Below are positions 11,611-22,603 of a DNA stretch of 62,000 nucleotides, piece after piece. The DNA is from Octopus vulgaris (taxonomy: Eukaryota). The translations under genes and the position numbers were made by a program. The notes below the pieces were generated by a model. That model did no database searches, had not been told where the DNA came from, and was given only the letters and a program-made list of their open reading frames with translations. The DNA is taken from contig OX597815.1 of assembly GCA_951406725.2 (NCBI GenBank), positions 35,546,001-35,608,000 of the forward strand, in the 5' to 3' direction. Positions within the stretch are counted from its first letter, which is position 1. Every line of letters starts with the position of its first letter.

Positions 11611-11745
11611 AATGAGAACCCAATAATGAAGGCAGGAGAATACATCAGCCGAAACATTATGATGGCAACAAACAAGATGAGGACACCTATCAGTCCATTG
11701 TAAATAATAATGTACATAATTCCTCATCTCAAAAATATAGAATAG
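11611..11745 (+). mobile_element. Decayed 3' half of the hammerhead-bearing SINE family
   Basis: ATGAGAACCCA..TAATGAAGGCAGGAGAATACATCAGCCGAAACATT..AACAAACAAGATGAGGACA..ATGTACATAATTCCTCATCTC..AATATAGAA matches the reverse complement of 18966-19120. Confidence 0.75.
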
Positions 11746-12137
11746 TATAATCAGTCCCAGTACTGGACTTTATTTATTGACCCTTGGCAGGGATGGAACT
11801 CAGAGTGCAGAAGACCAAAACAAATACCACTGCTGCTGCAACTATAACAACAACAACTGCAACTACTACTACAACTACTACTACTACTACTACATACCTT
11901 GTTTGTTGTCTCACCGTTGTTCTAAATTCTATTGTACTGGAGTTTATTTTGTGTCATTCCTACTTAATCTAATGAAATCAAGTCGGCAGATGATATAACT
12001 TCCTGCTTACAAAAATAAAAATGTTTCTAATCAAAGCAAGCAATTATTATATAATTCAATGTCCTTTTATGTAACCCCATGTACATTTGATGCCAAACTA
12101 GCCATGTAATTGATGCTACTCCTACTAATCATTCTAG

Positions 12138-12211
12138 GATTCAAGTTTTCCAGAGCTTCATATCTGCTGAGTTTGTTACGGCCACAGATTTACAAAGATT
12201 TGGAACTGAAG
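12138..12211 (+). CDS. PYROXD2: PYROXD2 coding exon 4
   Basis: (G)[24 protein letters not shown]; TCTAG| and |GTATAT. Confidence 0.97.
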
Positions 12212-13069
12212 GTATATCATTTATATTCTTTTACTTGTTTCACTCATTGGACTACAGCCATGCTGGTGCACTGAAAGGTTTAGATGATCAAATCAACCCC
12301 AGTTCTTATTCATTTGTAGAAGTCTGGTACTTAAATTATGAGCCTCTTTTTGTTGATCCACTAAGGTTCAGGAATGTAAATAAACCAACACCTGTTGTTA
12401 ACAGTTGTGAAGTAGTGAGACAAACACAGGCACTCACACTCATATACATACATACATGGTTGGCGTTAGGAAGGGCATCAAGCTGTAGAAACTCTGCCAG
12501 ATCAAATTGGAGCCTGTGATGATGATGATGATGGTGGTGGTGAGAAAAATGTCAGAATTTTTTGTAAAAGTCCTTTTATTTCTTCATTATTATTATTATT
12601 AGCGCTTTTGTTCCTCTCAAGAACTTATAAAATACAATTTTGTGAATGTACAAACAGCTTGTTCATTTATATAAAACAGACGTTTTTTTGAGGGGGGATT
12701 GTTTAGAAGAGAACATTGTTTGTTTTTTTGGGGGTGAGGTTCCAAGACAATGGAGATGGATAGATATAAATATAGGTAGGTAGATAGGCTGACGGATATG
12801 AATGGGTAGAAGGAAAGAGAGAGAGAAAAGGTATCCACCTTCCTATTCACCATTCATTCATTTATTTAATTATTTTCCCCTTACCATTATATTGGAATGG
12901 GTTTAATGATGGTGACCACTTAAAAAAAAGAAAGAAAGAAAGGAAAAACAGGTGTGGTTTGGTCATCACTGAAAGTCTTTTTGCTTTCTTTCTATTTCTC
13001 TTCTTTCTTTTTCCTTTTTCCCTTTCTTCTTTTCATTTTTTTCCTTTTTCCTCCATTCTTTTTCTCCTC

Positions 13070-13190
13070 TTTGAGTTATATTTAGAATATACCCCTTCCA
13101 AACATTCATTTTTGGAGGGAAGTTTTTGATACATGAAAATACATTAGTATAATATTTGCAAATTAACAAATAAAATAAAACGAATATATA

Positions 13191-13221
<31 letters not shown>

Positions 13222-13850
13222 CTACGTAAAGCTAGAACATCCCAATGCTACACATATGTATCTGAACAGGTTTAGAGATGAGCTACATTTAGAATAAAGA
13301 ATTCAAATTCTCCATTTTACCTTCAAACATTCAATTTTAGGGAGGATTCCTTGATGAAGTGTGAGTGTGTGTGTGTGTGCATGTTTCCTTGTGTGTGTGT
13401 ATTTGGGAATATGTCCATGTTTATACTGTGTAACTTTGATCACACCTCTTTCAATTCCATGATTTTGCATTAGAAAACATTAGTATAACACTTACAAACA
13501 TACTGTCTCTGCTTTTCTTTCAAACATTCAACTTTGGAGAGAATTTTTTGATGAAATGTAGTTCCATTGCTTTTCGGTATTGCGGATCATCCCATGCACA
13601 TTTGTAAAAGGGAAAAATTTTGAATTTTCCATCGCCACATATTTCTAGATACTTACTTAATGGAATCTTGCGTAATTCCAGATGCTTACTTAATGGAATC
13701 TTCCTTAATTCTTCTTGTTGGATATGTTGCCTGTAGATTCTTGCACGTTGGCAGAGGGAATTATTTGCTTTGCCAATGTAATTTTCTTTGCAGTTTGGGC
13801 AGGTAATGTAGTATATGAGGTTTTGCGTTTTGCAGTTCATATTTATTTTA
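13070..13850 (-). mobile_element. Penelope-like element 3' end: GIY-YIG endonuclease remnant
   Basis: NCKTQNLIYYITCPNCKENYIGK..RKAMELHFIKKFSPKLNV* (GIY-YIG with CxxC, stop at 13520). The ORF-track ORF 13520-14086 is a chimera of this remnant with a SINE. Confidence 0.8.
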
Positions 13851-14320
13851 AAAAGGAATCTGATAGATGTATGTGTGTGTGTGGGTGGATGTGGCATGGC
13901 TGTGTGGTTAAGAAGCTTACTTCCCAACCATGTGGCCTTGGGTTCAGTCCCGCTGCACAACACTTTGGGTGTCTTTGCTAAAGTGGATTGGGTACATGGA
14001 AATTGAAAGAAATCTATCATGTGTGTGCGTCTGTGGTGGAGGTGCATGTGTATTTGTGTGTGTTTGCTCCCACAGCTGCTTGACAACTAGTGTTGGTTTG
14101 TTTATGTCCCTGTAATTTAGCCGTTCAGTAAAAGGGTCTAATACAATTAATACTGAAGTTAATTAATTCAGCTAAAACCAATCAGGGTGGTGTCCCAGCA
14201 TGGCCACAGTCCAATGACTGAAACAAGTAAAAGCTAAAATGTAACGATAAATAATATATACACACATATATCCATATGCGTGCATACATACATATATTTA
14301 TTCATTTATTTGTATTTATG

Positions 14321-14408
14321 ACTAGCAGTATCACTCAGCGTTGCTTGGGTTTGTTTCGACCCTTTCGAATTGGAATTTTTGAAAAGTAAAAATTTAGCAT
14401 TATGTAGA
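14321..14408 (+). mobile_element. 5' fragment of the Helitron-like non-autonomous element
   Basis: ACTAGCAGTATCACTCAGCGTTGCTTGGG..GAATTGGAATTTTTGAAAAGTAAAA matches the 5' end of 49302-49677. Confidence 0.6.
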
Positions 14409-15289
14409 CAATGTATCCAACCATATCACAAAATAACTACATATCTGTATTACTAATATATTTAGCTTCTGCAAAGGCAATAAATTTACAAGAACTGTAA
14501 GAGCATTAGACACATCCATTGTGATATTTCATTACATCCTGTAATGACTTCACTTCAATTCCTTCTGAGAACAACTGTGCCTTTTGTCCTTTTCAGGTCA
14601 ATGGAATAAATTACTGGGGTAAATTTAATCAGCTATGCCTTCTCCAGAATGTATGGCATTGTACTAATGTTAGAAAGCAATATATTTAGGTTGTGCAATG
14701 AAAGTTTTAAATGAACAACTGGAAGTTGTGTGTTAAAATCATAACTAAGATTGTACAGAATTGAAAAAAATGGAAGGTGGGTTGATCACTTTTTAAATGC
14801 AAGCTTCGGAGCTTAAAATAATGAATTCAAACATTTTATTTCAACTACTTGATTATGTACATAGACAAGTTAAATATGAAGCTCATTTAAACAAGTTAAA
14901 TATGAAGTCATGCCCCATGTTTCACTGCCATGTAGCATGGCTGTTCATACACATGCATCATACAGTCTACCTTTTACTCTGAGCGAGAGGCCCTTTGTTA
15001 CCAGCAGAGGTAGGAGCTCTCTGAACTTTGTCCAGGCTATTCTGATTCTAGCAGCTACTCTTTCAGAGCATCCACCTTCTCACTACTGACTTGGTCATCT
15101 AGGTAACAGAAACTATCAAATACTAGTAGTTTTTCTCCCTGGAATGTGACAGAAGCTGTTCTCTGCACATTTTCAGTATTTATTGCTTCTGAGCATTTGC
15201 CACGTACAAAAACTATCTTCCCAATTAGCCTTCCTTTGATATTGCCGCACTTCTTAAATGCAAGCTTCAGAGTTTAAAATAATGAATTT

Positions 15290-16478
15290 AAGCATTTCCC
15301 TAAGATCAAGCAGGTCCATCTACCTGAAGGGATTTGTGGTTTGTCTGCCTTTCTACTTATTAAGATTTTGGTTTTAGCTAGGTTGACTCTAAGGTCCTTC
15401 GATTCTAATCCTTGCTTCCACACTTGAAACTTCTCCTCTAGTTCTGATAGTGACTCAGCAATTAGAGCAAGGTCATCAGCATAGAGGAGCTCCCAGGGGC
15501 ATCCTGTCTTGAATTCCTCTGTTATTGCCTGGAGGACTATGATGAATAAGAGGGGGCTGAGGACTGATCCTTGGTGGACCCCTACCCCTACCCAGAATTC
15601 TTCACTGTATTTGTTGCCAACTCTCACCTTACTGACAGCATCCCTGTACATGGCTTGCACAGCTCTCACTAACCATTCATCTATCCCTAGTTTTCTCATT
15701 AACCACCAGATAAGGGGATCGGGGGAACCTGTCAAAGGTTTTCTCCATGTCAACAAAAGCCAGGTACAGAGGCTTATCTTTGGCTAGGTATTTCTCCTGC
15801 AGCTGTCTTACCAGAAATGTAGCATCAGTAATGCTTTTCCCTGGCATGAACCCAAACTGCATCTCATCTAGGCTGACTCTTTCCCTAATTAGTTGGGCTA
15901 TGACCCTCTCTGTGACCTTCATTACCTGATCCAACAACTTGATCCCTCTGTAATTATTTGTATCTAATGTGTCACCTTTACCTTTGTAGCAGTTGACTAT
16001 GATGCTGCTACACCAGTCATTGGGTATGACTCCTTCTTGTATCACTTGGTTGACTATATGGGTGACTAGGCTATAGCCAACACCGCCAGATATTTCGAGC
16101 ATCTCTGCAAATGATTCCTAATGGGCTGGGGGCTTTCCCTGTCTTCATACCCTTAATTGCTTTATCTACTAAGGTATTGTCAATTTGGATGGCTGGTGCC
16201 TCTGTTGGGTTGGCATTCAGCAGACTCTCTTTTTCCCATTCATTCACTTTATTTAGTAACCTTTCATAGTGGTATCTCCAAACCTCTCTCTTTGCAGCCT
16301 CGTTTAATGCAAATGAACCATCATCCATGACATCACAATTCTCTCTCACATAGTCTTGCAACACAAAATAGGTCAAGTCTTTGGTACTCATGGTACAGAA
16401 CATTGGCAAATTTTTTTTTATCTGCTTCCCCTCTGGCTAAATAAACCTGTCTCCTAGCTCCCCTTCAGGCAGTCTGAT
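15290..16478 (-). mobile_element. RTE-clade LINE fragment, frameshifted reverse transcriptase domain
   Basis: Three offset ORFs with NYRGIKLL, QFGFMPGKS, LYLAFVDMEKTFD, GVHQGSVLSPLLF, LLYADDLAL and VNLAKTK. Confidence 0.92.
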
Positions 16479-17236
16479 ACAATATATATATATAGATTAT
16501 AATAAGAGATATATACATGCATATGTAGTTTATGTATGTTTAGTTCTGGTATGTTGATGTAGTTTATATATATATTTAGATTTGGTAGGTGTATGTTTTG
16601 ATGTCATATGTCTGCACTGCATACTCACAAATAGAGATGACATAATGATTGTGTAATTTTATCTAGTGCAAATAAATTGCCAATTTTCATTTCATCAGCT
16701 ATACTACAATGCATTATAACATACAATTTGCATACATCAACTGTCAAGCTAAGCTGCTACCATTTAATTGTTGTAACAGCAGCCAAAACCACTGTGACTT
16801 GAAACTAAGAAGGAAGATAGTAAGCACATATTCAAGCACAGATAAATACTAGCCACAGGAGAATGTAAGAAATTAAGAATGGTAGTCTGTATCACTATCA
16901 CATAATGTCAAAAATTTAGGTAGCAACACTTGGTGCTGAGTTGTTATTTTCATATCCTGTTCAATATTTACAAAACGGGTCTCCTGTTCTAAATTTACTT
17001 TACATTTCTTTCAATATTTATAAATAAAGTGTATAGTTATTTAAACATTAAGGTGTTTATTTCCAAGAAACTATTATCTTGTCCATAATCTTCTTTGCAC
17101 TCTGTATTCAAAACCACAGTTTACAAATCCTGTATGAGTATAAATAAAGAGGTTTTTAACTACATTCATAAGTTTTCTGAAGACAGCATCAAATTTTAAT
17201 GTAAACATAACTTTATTCTTTCATTTCTTTTTCCAG

Positions 17237-17392
17237 AAATATGGGTTAAAGATCTTTCTAAGAAATCCAAGTTCTTACACACCGTTGTTGCAACCAAATA
17301 GTTCAAATCCCAAAGCTAAATCTCTCACACTGGGACGAGATGGCCACCTTAATAAACTGCAAATTGCTCAGTTCTCTCAATCTGATGCTGAG
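17237..17392 (+). CDS. PYROXD2: PYROXD2 coding exon 5
   Basis: KYGLKIFLRNPSSYTPLLQ..SLTLGRDGHLNKLQIAQFSQSDAE; TTCCAG| and |GTAAAG. Confidence 0.95.
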
Positions 17393-17606
17393 GTAAAGAA
17401 TCATAAATTCATTTATTGTAAACACAAATATGTTTTATAAATCTATGTAACATAATAATGAAGGTTTATTAAATGAAGGTTCATAAAATGCATCTTCATT
17501 CAAATTTTTGCACCTATATTATGAAGATATTTTTCATCTTCAATTCCAGTCAACATTTACAAAACAATATTTCACAAACATTTCTAACAAAGGTATAATA
17601 CTGTGA

Positions 17607-17607
<1 letters not shown>

Positions 17608-17653
<46 letters not shown>
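17608..17653 (+). repeat. (CA)23 microsatellite in intron 5
   Basis: Direct read; ends 26 nt upstream of the exon 6 acceptor. Confidence 0.95.
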
Positions 17654-17654
<1 letters not shown>

Positions 17655-17679
17655 TTATATTTATTTACAAATATTTCAG

Positions 17680-17833
17680 AAATTTGAAAGATATGAAGAG
17701 CAATTACAAAGAATTGTGGATTCTCTGGATCCTTTGTTAGATAATCCTGCTCTACATTTACCAACTTTCAATGAAAGAGGGATTAAGAAATACATAGAAT
17801 TATGGTCATCCTTGAATTCTTTTGGAAAGTCTA
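17680..17833 (+). CDS. PYROXD2: PYROXD2 coding exon 6 (154 nt; two in-frame stops as assembled)
   Basis: TTTCAG|KFERYEEQLQRIVDSLDPLLDNPALHLPTFNERG..FGKS-A|GTAAGT. The length fits the flanking phases, but TAG (17794-17796) and TGA (17812-17814) are in frame. Confidence 0.85.
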
Positions 17834-18329
17834 GTAAGTTGTCTGTGTTATTCTTTTACTAGTTTCACTCATTAGTCTGTGGCCATGCTGGGGCAAATCC
17901 TCAAATGGGGTAGTTGATTATATCAACACTAGTATTTGGGAGATATATTATTTCATTGGCTTCAGAAGTACAAAAGGTTAAGCTGGTCTCAACTAAATTT
18001 GAAATCAGAATCTAAAGGGACAATATACCACAAATTATTCTGTCTGATATTCTCTCAAATTTGATAATATTTCTGATATTATGTTTCTAAATATTTAATA
18101 TGGGTCTTTTTTTACCCGCCTTTTATCATAAGCCATGGTGTTGGTTTTCTATATCCCTTTAAGTTTATACCACCTCCACAATAATCTACAGTTTCTCTAT
18201 TAAGAAAGAAAGATATATGGCAGTTCAATATCTGCTTCAATGACATGAAAAAATGGTTTAAAATATAAGAATCCTTTTGTTTTATTTGGGTTTTTTTTAT
18301 TTACTGGTAAAAGGTAAGATAGTATCTTC

Positions 18330-18960
18330 AAGAGTTTTAATGTATTGATGAGATGCAGTTTGGTTTTGTACCTGGAAAGAGTACCACAGATGCAGTAAGA
18401 CAGCTGCAGGAAAGGTACTTGGCCAAAAGTAAGCCTTTGTCAACCTGGAGAAAGCTTTCAACAGAGTTCTCAGCTTTGTTATATGGTGGTCTCTAAAGAA
18501 GTTAGGAGTTGAGGAGTAGCTTGTTAGAGCTGTACAAGCCATGTACATTGGTGCTGTCAGTAAGGTGAGAGTTAGCCATGAATACAGTGATGAATTTAGC
18601 ATACAGGTAGGGAGTCACCAGGGCTCAGTTCTCAGCCCACTCTTATTCATTATAGTCCTTCAGGCCATAACAGAGGAATTCAAAACTGTGCCCATAGGAA
18701 CTGTTATATGCTGATGACCTTGCTCTTATTGCAAAATCTTTAGCAGAATTGGAGAAGAAATTCCAGATATGGAAACAAAACCTGGAATAAAAGGGCCTTA
18801 AAGTTAACCTAGCAAAGACCAAAGTTGTTAGTAAGAAAGAAGATAAAACTCTCTTTCCATCGGGTAAATGGCCCTGCTCAATATGTAGGAAAGAAGTTGG
18901 AAGAAACTATGGACACATAAGAGGTGCAGTGGAATCACAGGTACATTAACAGATAAAGTT
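18330..18960 (+). mobile_element. RTE-clade LINE fragment (RT domain, degenerate)
   Basis: QEKYLAKSKP, HQGSVLSPLLFIIVLQAITEEFKT, LLYADDLALIA, VNLAKTKV, SGKWPCSICRK, with stops and frameshifts. Confidence 0.9.
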
Positions 18961-18965
18961 GTCTT

Positions 18966-19150
18966 TACAGTTCTATATTTAAGAGATGAGGAATTATGTA
19001 CATTATTTACAATTGACGGATATTTGTCCTCATCTTGTTTGTCGTTAACACAACGTTTCGGCTGATATACCCTCCAGCCTTCATCAGGTGTCTTGGGGAA
19101 ATTTCGAACCTGAGTTCTCATTCCTAAGGTATTTTTCGAAGTTGTTGTTG

Positions 19151-19219
<69 letters not shown>

Positions 19220-19288
19220 TCACTGCCTGGAATCGAACTTGGAATCTTGTTGTTAGTAGCCGGTGCTCTTAACCACTATGCCATATAC
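18966..19288 (-). mobile_element. tRNA-headed SINE-like element carrying a hammerhead ribozyme motif
   Basis: On -: A-box TGGCATAGTGG, B-box GTTCGATTCC, (AAT)n/(AAC)n tract, hammerhead at 19092-19047, then a tail of about 80 nt. Confidence 0.8.
19047..19092 (-). ncRNA. Minimal type I hammerhead ribozyme motif
   Basis: GACAC-CUGAUGA-A-GGCUG(GAGGGUAUAU)CAGCC-GAAA-CG-UU-GUGUU. Stem I GACAC/GUGUU, 5-bp stem II, loopless palindromic stem III (AACGUU), GUU triplet. Confidence 0.7.
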
Positions 19289-19298
19289 TAAGTAGTGA

Positions 19299-19340
<42 letters not shown>

Positions 19341-20046
19341 TAACAACAACAACAACAATGTAAATAATGGTGAAAATACCTTTGTTGTTTATTAGCCACT
19401 TCACTTTTGTAGGAATACTAAATACCCACATACATACACACACACACACATATATATATATAGAGAGAGACAGACAGACAGACAGACAGATATCATAAGA
19501 GTGGGTTTAATAATAATTTCTAACTTAGAAACAAATACTGACATGAATTCAAATACCATTTCAGTTCAGAAATGCAAGGCCCAAAACTCGAAACTACTTA
19601 CAATGAAACATTGTGTTATGTTGATTTCAAATTTTGGCACAAGGCCAGCAATTTCAGAGGAGATAAGTTGATGTAAACCTCCCTTCATTGGACACTAAAT
19701 TCTGCTTGCGAAGACCTGTTGGGGCAAGTGAAATCGAAATTTTAAACTCAGAACATAAAGACAGACAGTATACTACTAAGCATTTAGGCCAGCTGGCTAA
19801 TGATTCTGCCAGCTTGCAAAGAAAAGGGTAAGGGGAAAATAATGGTGGCATATTGAATGTTGTTGGGGTTTTTGATACTCTGACAATATCATCAAACATT
19901 AATTTGCATATCTCCATTCTACAGTCATGGACTGATCCTGTGCAGGTGGCACGTAAAAACTTATACATTTGGCAAGTAGGTTGCTAAAACCCAAGATGAG
20001 CAAACACAAATACATGGTAGACAAAAGCTAAAAGACCGTGACCATG

Positions 20047-20198
20047 CTCGGAGTGGTTGGCGTTAGGAAGGGCATCCAGCTGTAGAAACTCTGCCAGATC
20101 AGATTGGAGCCTGGTGCAGCCATCTTGTTTGCCAGTCCTCAGTCAAATTGTCCAACCAATGCTAGCATGGAAAGTGGACATTAAACGATGATGATGAT
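20047..20198 (+). mobile_element. RTE LINE 3' UTR end with (GAT)n tail (high-copy short family D)
   Basis: GGAGTGGTTGGCGTTAGGAAGGGCATCCAGCTGTAGAAACTCTGCCAGATC..AAACGATGATGAT. Other copies at 21371-21549(+), 30826-31070(-), 35310-35590(+), 35777-36197(+), 38535-39125(-), 43660-43873(+) and 46512-46768(+). The upstream part of this 3' UTR is contiguous with an RTE ORF end at 32660-33280. Confidence 0.85.
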
Positions 20199-20437
20199 AA
20201 TATACAAGGGGCTTCTTTCAGTTTCCATTTCCCAAATCCATTCACAAGGCTTTAGTTGGCTTGGGGCCAAAATAGAATACACTTACTCAAGGTGCCTCAT
20301 AGTGGGACTGAACCCAGAAACTTATGGTTAGGAAGCAATCCTCTTACACACAACCACAAACAAATAATTTTTTTATTTTAACCAATTACACTAAATATTT
20401 TCTCTTTTGAAATGTCAACATTTTGTTCTATTTTTAG

Positions 20438-20499
20438 TAAAACAACTGAAACATGATAAAACAGCACTTCTCGAGTTAATGACAGCCCCTGCTTCCAAG
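20438..20499 (+). CDS. PYROXD2: PYROXD2 coding exon 7
   Basis: TTTTTAG|TA K Q L K H D K T A L L E L M T A P A S K|GTTAGT; 62 nt, phase 1 to 0. Confidence 0.9.
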
Positions 20500-22505
20500 G
20501 TTAGTTTCACTCAATGTCTTGTTTTCATTTGTCCAACAAATTTTCTGCTTGGAAAATGTTGAGAACCAAGAGGGCTGTCCACACTGATTCTATCATGTTT
20601 GAAAAAATGTGATTGTCTCTTTTTTTTCTGTGTGTGTGTGTGTGTGTGTGTGAAGTACCAATGGTCCTCATAAATATCCACTAGACTGGGGAAATATATA
20701 CAACTGATGTTCAGTTTCAACTTGTGTAGGTTAATGCCCGTAGAAAAACAATGGATTGAGAAAACGTTCTCAGGGGTCTGCAGTTCTTGGGAGGAATAAC
20801 TAGTAAAAGTGTTTATGGGGAAGATTGGGATACACAGAATGGTGAACGAGAGAAGAAGAATTGATGCATTCAGTGGATTAGGCAATGGTGGTACGAAGCT
20901 TGTTAATTAAGAAGGGGAGAAACTATTGAAATAGTGGCAGAGGATATGGATAGAAAAACATGTCTGATTGTAAATTAGTTTTCTGCAGTCGATCAAATGA
21001 CCTTCTTTTATATATGTTCTAGAATGTTGTATTGTGTGGAACAGCCCCATTCTCAATATGTAAACATTGGAGTCTTGTTTGTGCTTTGTAGAAGATTAGC
21101 TACTGATCAGAGCTAAAGTGCATCTTAGCTCTGAAGATGTGTCATAGTCTTTAGGATGTTGATTTAATAATGTTGTATATGTGGTTACCATAGTAAATTA
21201 CCAGAGACAACAATGTGTTACATTTGTTGCAACTTTGAGAGTTTTAGTTGTGTGTTGTTTAAAGTTAGGTGGTGCAATGTTGCAAGAGTGTTTTCTTGAC
21301 ATGTGAGTGAGTGTTTTAAGTCAGCTGTAGGAAATTAGGTTGCGAGTCTCTGCCTGCTAGAAAATATCTAAGCACCCACTACACTCTCAGAGTGGTTGGC
21401 ATTAGGAAGGGCATCCAGCTGTAGAAACTCTGCCAGATTAAGATTGGAGCCTGGTGCAGCCATCTGGTTTGCCAGCCCTCAGTCAAATTGTCCAACCCAT
21501 GCTAGCATGGAAAGCGGATGTTAGACGAAGATGATGATGATGATGATGACTTCTATTTATGGAAATATTGAATATCTTTCATGGTGTGCTTAAATCCTGG
21601 ACAGAAAGTTAAAGGGAAATAGAAAATTATACCATTGGGTAGAGATTTGTAAGAAGTAGGAGGAAATAATTTCACAAAAGGAATTACGTTACCAGTGTTA
21701 AATGAATGTTAGAGAGAGCCTCAGTATAAACTGTGATGATGTAATGTTTCTGATAGACCCATTTGTCAGAAACTTTGGAGGAGCTGATGTCAGACTGTGT
21801 CGATGTTTTTTGGCAAATTTCACCTAAGTTCTGAATGAGAAGAGCCTCCTGGTGTGTGACAGGGAAAGAAGTCTCAGATAGATATGATTCCACAGAAGCC
21901 ATATTGTTAGTCACAGATGAATAATCCTCTCATCAACGATCAACAGTGATCTTTTTTCTTTTTGTCAATTTCCAAATGTGTATTCTGACTTCTTTACCCT
22001 GGGGTACACCTTGACTTAACACTACCCTAGCTATCATTAATACTCAGTCCCAAAGGCGGCAAGCTAGCAGAAATGTTAGCACACCAGACAAAAGGCTTAG
22101 TTGTATTTCACCTGCCATTATGTTCTGAGTTCAAATTCCGCTGAGGTTGACTTTGCCTTTCATCCTTTCAGGGTCATTAAATTAAGTACCAGTTACTCAC
22201 TGGGGTTGATGTAATCGACTTAATCCATTTATCTGTCCTTGTTTGTCTCCTCTATGTTTAGCCCCTTGTGGGTAATAAAGAAATATAATCCCCAGTCCCA
22301 AACTTATTGTATCAATTCTACTTTATATATTTGTTCTACAATCTCTGTTTACTATATACGACTTAACTTATTTCTATTTAATTACTCCTAGTTTATCTAG
22401 TTCGGGTTTTTATGTGAATTAAAATTACTAGGTCTGCCTTGATCTTCTTGTACCATTCCTTCTTAAACCAGCCTCACAATTATTTGATGACATTGATACT
22501 TTCAG

Positions 22506-22603
22506 GTTTTGAATAAATGGTTTGAATCAGAACCCCTGAAAGCCAGTTTGGCAACTGATGCTGTGATTGGATCAATGACCAGTCCTCATCATTCAGGTAG
22601 TGG
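22506..22603 (+). CDS. PYROXD2: PYROXD2 coding exon 8
   Basis: [33 protein letters not shown]; TTTCAG| and |GTAAGT. Confidence 0.97.

Noticed and set aside
17680-17833. Rescue of exon 6 by alternative splicing or selenocysteine read-through
   Set aside because: GT sites at 17716 and 17736 with the AG at 17795-17796 either retain the TGA or give the wrong phase, and skipping the exon shifts the frame. The first stop is TAG, which selenocysteine insertion cannot decode.
20650-21960. Antisense coding-like stretches in intron 7 (ORFs 20511-20885 and 21684-21914)
   Set aside because: Stops occur in all frames, with no recognisable motif and no consistent splice pair. At most a very old element remnant.
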